64,000 nucleotides of DNA from Octopus sinensis (lineage: Eukaryota). The stretch's first letter is position 1; every line of letters starts with the position of its first letter. The stretch is taken from contig NC_042997.1 in assembly GCF_006345805.1 (NCBI RefSeq), positions 33,108,001-33,172,000 on the forward strand, written 5' to 3'. The notes under the pieces were generated by a model that saw only the letters and a list, made by a program, of their open reading frames with translations, had not been told where the DNA came from and searched no databases. The position numbers and the translations under genes were made by a program. This document shows positions 23,398 through 36,464 of the stretch, piece by piece.

Positions 23398-24589
23398 TTA
23401 CCTGAGATACATATTATTGAAAACAGTTTTTCACTAAACAGTGAGAGATCTTCACCTAGAATAGTCACAATCTCTGTTATGAGTCTGATCTTAGACTGTG
23501 TGCAGCTCTACCAGTTCCTCCTTCATAGTCCTCGACCAGGTCCTGACAGGCCTTCCTCATCTCCTACACCTCTACCATTGGTTTCCCTTAAAGATTAACT
23601 CCCACTGATCTCTTCATGGTTGAGCATCTTTTGACGTGTCACTGTGATACTATCCTATAGGTTACTCAGTTCAGCCCTTTCTATGACCAGTTCATTCATG
23701 ATCATCATCATCATCAGCATCATCGTTTAACGTCTGCTTTCCATGCTAGCATGGGTTGGACGATTTCGACTGAGGGCTGGCGAACCAGATGGTTGCAGCA
23801 GGCTCCAATCTTGATCTGGCAGATTGGAGCCTGGTGCAGCCATCTGGTTCGCCAGCCCTCAGTCGAAATGATGTGTAAAGAAATTCTTTTGAAAAACACC
23901 TATAGTTCTATAGATTCTGCTGCTCCTTTTTGCATGTTCCATAGGTGTAAGTCAGTGTTGCTATGACAATATATGTTTATACATGGAATTTTGGTACCTC
24001 GTTCAATGTGGAGTTGGACCAACTGACTTCAGGCACTGAAAGACAGCTTTAGCTTTGCCGAGTCTCTTCTCCACATCCCTTTACTTGATAATTCTATGAT
24101 ATTTTTGTACCTGTGAGGTATGTCTTGATTATCCCTGCCAGTATATCCCTTTCAAGAAAAATGTAACCTTGTGGCAATGTCAGAAACAATAATGATGATT
24201 ATAATAATCATTATTAATGATAATTATTGCTGTTATTGTTATTGTTATCAAACAGTGATGTGTTACCAAAAAGCAAATTTTTAGACTTTGTTGTTTTCTT
24301 TGGCCCTTTTCCAAGCAATAACATTTCTTAATTCCCTTAAAAACATTTAATTGTAGTTAAGTTTCATAGGGTAAAAGCTAGTCAATTTCCTGAATTACAA
24401 AAATCGATTAGGTTGGTATTCATCTCTAGTTTCTGTGGCATCAAACAAATGCCTGAATATCACTCTCCTTGGACAGGATGTTGGTCTCTTGCAGAGTGCT
24501 TTCCTATTATTTTCCCATGGGCAGCAATTTTAGTTGGCACTGTAAAACAACAAATCCTTCAGACTCCTCTGCAGTGCTGCCATTATTGG

Positions 24590-25080
<491 letters not shown>

Positions 25081-25518
25081 AGTGTTGGTAGTGTTGTTTA
25101 GCCACAAGTCAACCCTGATCAAGCAAATTTATGAGTAATTCTGTTTACAGCCATGATCATTATGTCTTTTTGTTTCCAGCCATAATGTATCTTGGATAAC
25201 ATTATCCAATATGTCCTTTTTATAAATTTAAGAATGTAGGAGTATGTGTCGGGGAAGAAAGGCTACTATTTTTACCAGGTTAGGCATCTATTTTTACCAG
25301 GATGGTCCTCACTTAAGCTCCTAGTGTTACAGTTGCTTCCAAGGGTAAGGCATTCCATTCTTAAGCATTTATGTAAATTGTGGATCTGACAGTTAAGTGT
25401 GTTGGCCATGCTGATCACTCAGCTGATTATCTGACACACTGTAGACTTGGTTAATTATCATTTCTATAGAAGCTTAAAAACAAACGGAATTTAATTCACA
25501 TTCTATTTCTTTTCATAA

Positions 25519-26130
25519 TCATCATCATCGTTTAACGTCCGTTTTCCGCGCTAGCACAGGTTGGACGGTTCGACCGGGGTCTGGGAAGCCAGGGGGTGCA
25601 CCAGGCTCCAGTCTGATCTGGCAGTGTTTCTACAGCTGGATGCCCTTCCTAATAATAATGTTTGTCCTTCGGTTTGAAGATGACCAACTGACATCATCTG
25701 ATGGAACTGCCGCCATGAGACCTGAGGTGGCTGGTGAGGCCAATCCGGGCAAGGAAGCCCCTCCCACAGGTGGGGCAGAAGTGGGTAGGGGCCGTGCTAC
25801 TGGTGCAGGCGGCTCTGGCTTTACGCATCTGACGTTTCTGCTCCGCTGACCGAATCCGTCCCTCCTCGGCTGTCCCTGCTCCCACGGTGATTGCGCTGCG
25901 CCAGGATGAGTGGTTGGCAGCAAGTGTCTCCCAGGTCTCTGTTCCAATGGAGAAGTCTTTGAAAGAGACCTTGAGACTATCCTTGTAGCGCTTCTTCTGC
26001 CCTTCCTAACGCCAACCACTCTGCGAATGTAGTGGGTGCTTTTTACGTGCCACCGGCACAGGTGCCAGGGGAGTCTGGCATCCGCCACAATCAGTTGGTG
26101 CTTTTAATGTGCCACCGGCACGGAAGCCAG
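25519..26130 (-). mobile_element. Family B copy interrupted by an RTE insertion
   Basis: The body resumes exactly after the duplicated TGCCCTTCCTAA. Confidence 0.88.
25653..25997 (-). mobile_element. Young 5'-truncated RTE (BovB/RTE-1-like), open ORF end with C2H2 finger
   Basis: QKKRYKDSLKVSFKDFSI..ETWETLA...WRSAI...FCPTCGRGFLARIGLTSHLRSH; (ATT)n tail; 12-bp TSD at 25641-25652 and 25998-26009. Confidence 0.92.
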
Positions 26131-26827
26131 TAAAAAATTGTCTTTGGAATTAAAAGGGTATCAACTTACACAAACTTTCAAAATTAACATTATAGCAACA
26201 AACAAATTTCAATGATAAACTGCATCACACTACTCCATCATAAGTAATACATATGAAATAGCAATGTAAGCAGTCAAGTGATTCTGTTTTCTTTTACAAA
26301 AGGTCATCAGAATGACAATATCAGCAGTAAACTTCTCATAAAGTTTATGAGATATACATATGCAAATACCATATGTAAAACAAAAGCAAAAAAAAAAAGG
26401 CCTACACATACACTTACAGAAAACAACAACAAAAAACAAAAAAAAAAAACGAAACCCAAGAAACTTGCTAGAAGTTTCTACATGCACCAAAATAGACTCC
26501 TCAGTTTCAGCCTAACAATAAACAGGAAATGCATGAAGACTTAAGCCAGCATCATAGTTCTTTGATAAGATGCTCAATAAAACATCTAGAGAGGCTATTC
26601 ACCAAATCTAATTAACATTGAGTGTTTTGTAAATTAAAGAACAGGTAGTAAAATATTCAGGTGTAAACAGATCCATGCTAATGTTTTCATAAATTCTTGC
26701 CAGATATTTTTTGCTTTTATTTCCTTCAATTTTTTCATCTTTTCCAACATCCTCATCATCTTCTACCTTTCTTTTCTTAATGTTTTGTTTTTAAAATACT
26801 TTTCATCTTCTAACTTTTCATCCACCA

Positions 26828-26835
26828 CCACCCAC

Positions 26836-26876
<41 letters not shown>

Positions 26877-26907
26877 TTCCTTTCTTCCTTCCTTCCTTCC
26901 TTCCTTC

Positions 26908-26958
<51 letters not shown>

Positions 26959-26972
26959 TTTCCTTCCTTCCT

Positions 26973-27014
<42 letters not shown>

Positions 27015-27368
27015 TTCCTTCCTTCCTTCACTTCTTTCTTCCTTCCTTCCTTCCTTCCTTCCTTCCTTCCTTCTTCCTTCCTTCCTTTCTTTCTTTCTTT
27101 CTTTCTTCCTCCTTCCTTCCTTCCTTCTTCTTTCTTCCTTCTTTCTTTCTTCCTTCCTTCCTTCCTTCCTTCCTTCACTTCTTCCTTTCTTTCTTTCTTT
27201 CTTTCTTCTTCCTTCCTTCCTTCCTTCCTTCTTCCTTTCTTTCTTCCTTCCTTCCTTCCTTCCTTCCCTTCTTTCTTTCTTTCTTTCTTCTTTCTTTCTT
27301 TCTTCCTTCCTTCCTTCCTTCCTTCCTTCCTTCTTCCTTCCTTCCTTCCTTCCTTCCTTCCTTCCTTC

Positions 27369-27402
<34 letters not shown>

Positions 27403-27740
27403 ATAATTTATCATCTATCCCTGTATCTTCTCCATCCTCACATTCCCCAGTATACTTTTTCATTCTTCCCCTTCGTCCCACTTTCCCCACTTCTAAACCT
27501 CTTTTCCACCTCATCTTCCCCCTCTTCCTCTTCTTACCCCTACTTCTTTCTTCCCTCAACGCCCTCCTCCTCCTCCTCCTCCTCCTCCAGCTTTCTTACC
27601 TCCACATTTTCTGCCCCCCAATAACATTTCATTCAGTCTCACTTACTCTCTCTGCTGCCCCCTTTCACACCCTTCTCCTCCTTCCACTCTATCCCTCACT
27701 TCCTTCATCCCTCCCTCCACCAGTTCCCTTTCACCTCACA
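26828..27740. repeat. (CTTT)n/(CTTC)n polypyrimidine tract plus C/T-rich extension
   Basis: Direct reading; accounts for the spurious 279-aa ORF. Confidence 0.95.
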
Positions 27741-29868
27741 TCTTTAACAAACTAGATTTATTTCTATAGATATACCAATTCCACAAAAACAAACAATAAA
27801 TACCAAAGTATAGTAAACAAAAACCCAAACAAGAAAAGTTATTTCCAGAGAAAACTGCTGATCATTATACCTTTTAATAGTAATGTCACGTAGGGGGCGT
27901 TCTTTTTAGTGTCTGTTGAAACTGATGTGATTTATGGTCATTTCAAACATTTGCAGGTCTACATTTGCAAGAAAGACATTGGCAGAGAGAAAATTCCAGT
28001 AGGATGATGTCTTCAGAGAGGAAAGATTGGCAGCAGTGGTTAATGCAAGTGTTTACTCTTTTACTCTTTTACTTGTTTCAGTCATTTGACTGCGGCCATG
28101 CTGGAGCACCGCCTTTAGTCGAGCAAATCGACCCAGGGACTTATTCTTTGTAAGCCCAGTACTTATTCGATCGGTCTCTTTTGCCGAACACACCAGCATC
28201 GGTTCTCAAGCAATGCTAGGGGGACAAACACAGACACACAAACACACACACACACATATATATATATACATATATACGACAGGCTTCTTTCAGTTTCCGT
28301 CTACCAAATCCACTCACAAGGCATTGGTCAGCCCGGGGCTATAGCAGAAGACACTTGACCAAGATGCCACGCAGTGGACTGAACCTGGAACTATGTGGTT
28401 GGTAGGCAAGCTACTTGCCACACAGCCACTCCTGCATACATATATCTATATATGCATATATATATATGCACATGTATATAAAGGCAAAGACCCTCGTCTC
28501 CTTTGGTCATGAATGACCATAGGATTGCACCTAGAAAGTTCCCCTTTGGGGTACAACTCCAGGTAAGGTTGTTTATAGAAGACCAGCAGTCGCTCATACA
28601 TACCAGCCTCCCCTTTTCCCATCACTGATGTTATTCAAGGGAAATGCAAAGGCCAATACAACTTGGCATCAGTGATGTTACAACTCATTTCTACCCTGGA
28701 GCAATGCAAAATAAAGTGTCTTGCTCAAGAACACAACACAGCCCAGTCCAGGGATCAAACTCATTACCTCATGATTGTGAGCCCAATACTCTAACCACTG
28801 AGCCATGTACCTTCACATACATTTCTCACGTTGACAATTAATTTATATTGTCAGTGAGTGCACTGTTAAACAAATAAGACTACTAATCTCTCTCAGGTCA
28901 GAAGATAGGTATTCTTTCACTGATAAAAGTCTATGAAGAGCAGAAACTAGTCAAACTAATCCCATATTTTTTTTTGCTCATTGAGAGATTAAACTTCTGT
29001 TGTAACCTGTTTATTTACTGTTCACAGTGAGGCAAAAATTCTATGCTTACTAAAATAGACATTTGAAATTAAGAATATATATTTTTTCCAATGTTTCTCA
29101 ACTAACTTTTCTTCAAACTTCTGATTCTGCAAGAAGCCACCAGTGGCTTGCAATGAATAGATAAGTTTAATTATATGCAATGAATTATTCAGTAATTTTT
29201 GTGTTTATTATACATGAATGGTATATCGCTTATGGTAAGAAAATCCTGTTATCTGCAGGTAGTAAGGAAATCCCACAGGAAAAAATAACCTCTTAATAGA
29301 GACTTATTGGGGAATTTGGTCTAAATAACGTCTTGGTTAAGGTGAAATTTCTTATATATTCTTTATCGCATCAGATAGATTTAGCACTGCCAAGCATTTT
29401 AATGATGGGTTTAAAATTTGTTTAAACTTTTATAAAATTAAACTTCATGAAAATGAAAAAAAAAAAGGTTAATAAATTATATAATTGCTTTCATATAAGG
29501 TAAATAGCATTCTGTATATCATATATAATATAGATATATACTGTTGAAAGCTTGAAATCTGTAGTATTTGTCTTGAGAAAGTATCTCATGTAAATGCAGT
29601 GTTAAAAAATCACCCAATGGTGAGACAACTATTTTTGAACAACTATTTCGTCTGTTGCTCATAAAGAATTTTTATTATTAGGGTTTCCTGAGATATGGAA
29701 TGTATTTCCATGTTTCTCCAACAGTAAAAGTGTAGGGAAACACTGGTTTATACAGTAAAATATGAGTGATATATAGTGTAGATTTACTAATAATATTTAA
29801 TATTATCACAAAATATTAACAAAATAAAGTCAATATAACTGTGAGTGTTCTTTAATGGTTAGCACAAC

Positions 29869-30288
29869 ATAAAGGCAGAGAGCTGGTAGAAACGTTAGCA
29901 CGTCGGGCAAAATGCTTAGCGGTATTTCGTCAGCCGTTACGTTGTGAGTTCAAATTCCACCGAGGTCGACTTTACCTGTCATCCTTTCGGGGTCGATAAA
30001 TCAAGTACCAGTTACACACTGGGGTCGATGTAATCGACTTAATACCTATGTCTGTCCTTGTTTGTCCGCTCTGTGTTTAGCCCCTTGTGGGTAATAAAGA
30101 AATAGGTATTTCGTCTGCCGTTACGTTGTGAGTTCAAATTCTGCCGAGGTCGACTTTACCTTTCATCCTTTCGGGGTCGATAAATCAAGTACCAGTTACA
30201 CACTGGGGTCGATGTAATCGACTTAATACCTATGTCTGTCCTTGTTTGTCCCCTCTAGGCTTAGCTCCTTGTGGGTAATAAAGAAATA
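29869..30288 (+). mobile_element. SINE family D (Nin/Deu-like central domain) with internal tandem duplication
   Basis: CCTTTCATCCTTTCGGGGTCGATAAA.AAGTACCA motif twice; 12-bp TSD GGTTAGCACAAC at 29857-29868 and 30289-30300. The domain name is from recall. Confidence 0.85.
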
Positions 30289-30709
30289 GGTTAGCACAAC
30301 TTTATCACAATACAATTGTTTTAGTTTCAATACAACACATTATAGGACAAAATCAATTGCCAGATAAATGCAACTTGGGAATATTTGTTTATCTATTGAA
30401 AACACATCTAACGTGTGAGATCCAACAATAAGTGTATATTTAGTTAGTATGCAGAGTGTTCCCTTGTGTTACTTTCCCCCTGATCATACATCATTAGAAT
30501 CCAAAGATCAGTGGGAGCAATGTTTGACTGAGATGGATAAGGTGGTATCAGAATGCTGAGAGATTGTTTGGCTGCATGCGGCGTGCATGTGCATGTAGGG
30601 TGGGCAGAGGGAGCAGATAAAAGAAACATTTGGAAAGAACTAGTTTCGTTTTGGTCTTCTTTTATATTTGCCTTTAAGTTTCTATTTATATATTCATATA
30701 TATATATAT

Positions 30710-31160
30710 ATCATCATCATCATCATCATTTAGCGTCCGCTTTCCATGCTAGCACGGGTTGGACGGTTCAACTGGTGTCTGTGAAGCCAGAAGGCTGCAC
30801 CAGGCCCAGTCTGATCTGGCAGTGTTTCTACGGCTGGATGCCCTTCCTAATGCCAATCACTCCGTGAGTGTAGTGGGTGCTTTTTACGTGCCACGTGCAC
30901 AGGTGCCAGACAGAGCTGGCAAACGGCCACAGACAGATGGTGCTTTTTACATGCCTCCGGCACGGGGGCCAGGCGAGGCTGGCGACAGCCATGAACGGAT
31001 GGTGCTACATGCCACCGGCACGGGGGCCAGGCGATGCTGGCAACGGCCACGAACGGATGGTGCTTTTTACGTGCCACCGGCACGGAGGCCAGTCGGGGCG
31101 GCGCTGGCAACGGCCACGATCGGATGGTTCGCTTACTTGTCACCGGCACTGGTATCACAG
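30710..31160 (-). mobile_element. Family B with about four 5' tandem units
   Basis: Repeated GGTGCTTTTTACGTGCCACCGGCAC. Confidence 0.85.
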
Positions 31161-34100
31161 CTGCAATTTCCATTGATGTTGATCGACTTCGATTTTGGTT
31201 CTGCTTTCTGATATCTGATTTGATTTGGTTTGATTTTGATTTTGATTTTGATTTATACATAAAGAAAAGATACAAAAGCTCTGAAGAAAGAATTGTTTGC
31301 GTGTGTACATGTGTGTTTGAAGAAGATGGTTTTGGTAAGAAGAGAATTGGAAAATACTTAGTTTTTGCCTTTTATTTCTTTTTAAAAATATTTTATTGCC
31401 CTGAAGATTTTACTAAAAATATTACAAAGCCTATGAAGGAAAAAATCTTTGTATGTGACTCTGTGTGTATGTGTGTGTGTATGTGTGTATGTGTGTGTAT
31501 GTGCACGTGTGTGTTTGTCTCTGTTATTGATAATGGTGGGATGATGTGTTATCGTTAGATTACCATTGAAAAATACATAGTTCTTATCTTTCATTATTCT
31601 TTTTTTCTGTTCTTAAAGATCATGATAAAAAAATTGCAAAGATTTTGTAGGAAAAAAGTGTGTTTGCTAAAAATAAGCTAAGGGAAATAACTCATATAGG
31701 CCAATGATTTGAATTTAGATAATTCCAGTAGGCGGTGATGGACTGGATGATGTATGCAAAAAATTCTGAATATAAGTATGTGTACATATATGTGTATAAA
31801 CGAGTGTAAGTTCATGTGTGCATGTGTGTGTATATAAATGTGTACAAGAGTGTGTGTATGTATGTGCGTATGTGTTTGTTTGTGTGCATGTGTATGGATG
31901 TATTTGTGTGTGAGAGTATGTGCTTGTGTTTGCATGTGTGCGTGTTTTGGAAGGAAAAGTACATGAAGATAAAAATCTCAGCCTCGAGTTCTACGTTCTC
32001 CTCTTTCTCTATTTCTTTGTGCATATATTTTATATCATTCTAAAGATTCTATTAAAAAGAAAGATTTCCAAAGATCTAACGAGAAGAAATTTCCATATAT
32101 GTGTTTCTTTCTCTCTCTCTCTCTAGCTCTCTTTGTGAGAGAGTGTGTGCACATGTAAATCTATGTATACACGCACACACATTTATATAGACATATACAC
32201 AATTGTTTTTAACGTCTATATTTCCATGTTTGTATGGGTCAGACGGAATTTGTTGAAGCAGATATCTTACAACCAGATACCTTCCTGTCACTAGCCTTCT
32301 CTTGTTTCCAGTTAAGTTAATATTTGGACATGCTTTCATGGGCTCACTCTTCCCGCCAAACTCTGTTAAATATATCCAAGGGCTAAGTGAAGGTGTTAAA
32401 CTAGGTGAAGCATTAAGTCTATCAATCTTTAATCAAATAACTTACTGTCTCAACCATTACACCAACCCAGTTCAAATTTGATGTCTGTGAGTTTTATTTT
32501 CTGTTTTCTGATTAACCAAATTAATCTTAGTGAATTACTCATGCTTATTTTATTGATTCCAAAGGCATCAAAGGTAAAGTTGATCCTAATTCAATTTGGA
32601 CTCTTGAAATAATGTGCTCAAATCAAATAAAGCAAACCGATGAATCCAATAGACCATAATTTGGTACCTTTTATTTTAGCTTTGATAATGATTTACTGTT
32701 TTGTAGGAGAAGCAATAAGTCAAGAGAATTTATCCTAGTCCAAGGAATGGTAGTTATTTTATTGATCCTCATAGAAACAGCAAGCAAAATTGACCTGAAT
32801 GGATTTGAACTCAGAGTGTAGAGGACTGGAAGTAAATACTGAAGAATATTTTGTCTAGTGTAAGGTAGTGTGCTGGCAGATGCGTTAGCACCCTGGATAA
32901 AATGCTTAGCAGCATTTCATCTACCTTCATGTCCTGAGTTCAAATTTCACCCAAGTTGACTTTGTCTTTCATCCTTTTGGGGTTGATAAAATGAGTACCA
33001 GTGGAATACTGGGATTGAACTAATCAATCTATCCCCTCTCCCGAGATTGTTGGCCTTGTGCCAAAATTTGAAATAAATACTTTGTCTAGTGTAAGGCAGT
33101 GAGCTGGCAGAATCATTAGCAAGCTGGTCAAAATGCTTAGCTCTTCTCCTAAACTTGCCGGCCTTGTGCCAAAATTTGAAACCAATATTTTGTCTAGTAC
33201 TTAATTGTCATGTTATCTCCTAATGCTTAAGATAGAAAAGACAAAAACAACAACAAAAAAAAAAGAAACAAGTCCTTAAATCCTTAAAAATGTTTCAACC
33301 CGAAGGCTGCGGCCATGCTGGGGCACCACCGTTAAATAGAATGTCTTGCTCATTAACACAATGCGCCGCTGGGAATTGAACTCACGATAGAGTTGAACTT
33401 ACGATCGTGAGGCGAATACCCTAACCACTACGCCACGCACCTGTTGATTTCTATTTAATGAGTCTTAAGTTCAGAAACTTATGAAATAAAAATATAAATA
33501 GTTGCCATATTTTATGCCTATCCAAGGGCACAGGCCCTGTAAGTAGCATTAATTTACTTCAGCCTGGAATTGAAACCTTGCTAATAGAATGTGTCTTTTG
33601 TTAAAATACTTTTCTAATTTAGATTTGATATATTGACTATAACAACACTTTTTTTTTGTCAATTTCTGTGTTAAAAGGTTTTGTTTTCCTTGTATTTAAT
33701 TTAATATAACTGTGCAACAGAAGCAATTTCTACTTATATCAGCCATTTCGCTGATCCTGATCAGAATAATTGTTACTGACTATAAAAATATTTACAAATA
33801 TTGAAAAATGAATAAACAAAAACAGTGAGAAAGAAAATATCCCTCTCATCAAATATAATAATTATGGTTCACATTGAATATAAATATTGCTTATGATTAT
33901 TACATTGATTTTTATTTGCAAAAATGCCAGAATAATGTTTATGTTTAATGAATGACCTTATCTTTTCTCTCAATGTTTCATCAAATTTAGCTCAATTTTT
34001 TTTTTAATAGAAATCAATATAGTTTTCTCTTTAAAAATGCTATATTCATTTTTCCCCCACACTCTTTTGTCTTGAATCCATAACTTCAATGGTTCCACCA

Positions 34101-36235
34101 CAAAAACGGATGATGTTTACATAAATTTTTGAAGTAAATGTTGTTTTTACGGCTGGATATCCCTATTGCTGTCATATCATTCAATATCGATTTCTGGTTA
34201 TTTGACAGAAAAGTTAACTTTTTTAACAGGAATTGTTAGGTCAATAGAGTTGATATGTTGTTTTATTGTCTCTAGAGAGATAAAATAAAACTATATAAAT
34301 GAAAAGCATAGTAACATGAAAACACTTGTCTTGTTGATAATTCATTTTCCTCCCATATTTTCCAACATTGAAGTCAAATTTTTCCAACCAAAATTTACAG
34401 ACCAAAAAATAGATCAACAAATACACCAAGACAACTTTGGAAGACTTAAAATTTCTAGTGAAATGCAACAGGATTTGGAGAGATAATGATGATGTTTGAA
34501 TGTTTACACTACATACTTACACTATATATTACTCTTTACTCTTTTACTCTTTTACTTGTTTCAGTCATCTGACTGCGGCCATGCTGGAGCACTGCCTTTA
34601 ATCGAGCAACTCGACACCGGGACTTATTCTTTTGTAAGCCCAGTACTTATTCTATCGGTCTCTTTTGCTGAACCGCTAAGTAACGGAGACATAAACACAC
34701 CAGCATCGGTTGTCAAGCAATGCTAGGGGGACAAACACAGACACACAAACACACACACGCATATATATATATATATACATATATACGACGGGCTTCTTTC
34801 AGTTTCCATCTACCAAATCCACTCACAAGGCTTTGGTCGGCCCGAGTCTATAGTAGAAGACACTTGCTCAAGGTGCCACGCAGTGGGACTGAACCCGGGA
34901 CCATGTGGTTGGTAAACAAGCTACTTACCACACAGCCACTCCTGCGCCTACACTGACTTATTATGCCAGAAAATACAGTACATATCTATTATTTTGCTTT
35001 CCTGTCATTGCTTTAAGCAGTCTTGTGGACTGGCACCTATTTACAGTTTCTGTGTCATTAGATATATAAAAGATAGATATATCTCAGGTTAAATCTCCCA
35101 ATCACTTCATTACAAATAGAGCCACTACTATGGGTCACAAATGCTGCTAGAAATAGTAACCCAGTTTCCCTGAAATCACATCCATTAAAATTATTTAGCA
35201 CAGAACCTGCATGGTGTGACACAGTAGTGATTACAAAAAAAGTGTAGTAGATGGATCAGTGGCACCATAGTTTGCTAGTTCAGAAGAATCATTGCTACTC
35301 ATCTACTAAGAGGGTTCTTGAATCTCTAAACTTAATAGCTTCATTATTCTCAGCCAGAATTACACAAAATTGTTTGCAATAGTCAAACTCAACAAACATG
35401 TGAGTTGCAAGAAGTATAGAGATAATTGATAATTTGGAAGTGTAACAGAAAGTATTGAAAGTTTTGTAAACCAAAAATACAAAAATAATATCTAAAAAAA
35501 GAGAGTTATAACGTGATTATTATAATACTCTTATATTCCTACCGTTCCATTCACTAAACTGCAGACAGGACAACAACAAATCTAACAATATTAACAACTA
35601 TGGCTACAAATAGTAGGTTCATCATCATAATCACCATCATCACCATCAGCACAAATAAACAACAACAGCAGCAACAACTTTTCCTAATCACATGAATTAG
35701 CATCTTCTCTATTTCGTTCAGTGATTATTATATTTTCACAAAATGGTGTTGAATCTATTCTGTCTAATTAGTCAAAGAAGAATAATTACTCAATGAATAA
35801 ATGTTATTAGATATTGATTTAATTTGTACTTTCTAGAATTGTAGCAATAGCATCACTTATACATAAAATATCTGATGGTATTAAATGTTCAACATGTAGT
35901 ATTTGTAGTGGAGTGATGATATTAATGTCTAAATTATTTTATTTGGTAAGATCTGTTACTGTAGGAGATATTTTAATGGTTTAGTCAGGAGAAAGGGGTG
36001 GTTCCCATAATATTTACAGGCCCTCCAAGGTTTATGGGATTTATATGGCTGATGATCAGTTTGAGAATCTGCAAACGGATGTCTGCAGAAAAAAATATGG
36101 GTAGGTAGAGGATTCCAGAAGGTTGATGGTCTGACTAAGAATAAGAGGTTGTTGTGCTTTTATATGATGTCTCTCACATCTCCAAATTTACATTTTGTCC
36201 TAATTCACATGGGCTTCACCAGATTTATGCATGGT

Positions 36236-36464
36236 TGAACCCTTTAGCATTTTAACTGGCCATTATCGGCCAAAAGTATTCTGCCTGTTTTATGTTGAAA
36301 CTGGCCAGATCTGGTCTCTCACACCAACCCTACAATATCGTTTTAAAAATGAACAGCTACCTCATCAAAATCTCAAAGCTACAAGATAATGCCTGATTAG
36401 TTCAAGGCAATGGGGATGAAAAAGCATTAATTTTGGCAGAATAATGTGAACACTAAAGGGTTAA
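36236..36464. mobile_element. piggyBac-like MITE
   Basis: TGAA|CCCTTTAGCA...CACTAAAGGG|TTAA (left TTAA mutated). Confidence 0.75.

Noticed and set aside
26785-27624. 279-aa ORF, the longest in the track
   Set aside because: It is a translation of the (CTTT/CTTC)n microsatellite; the same applies to the poly-IY, poly-H and poly-N ORFs elsewhere.
27957-28050. ttgcag| followed by STFARKTLAERKFQ* or alternative frames
   Set aside because: All three frames are short, the donor is weak and nothing is identifiable; this could be chance.
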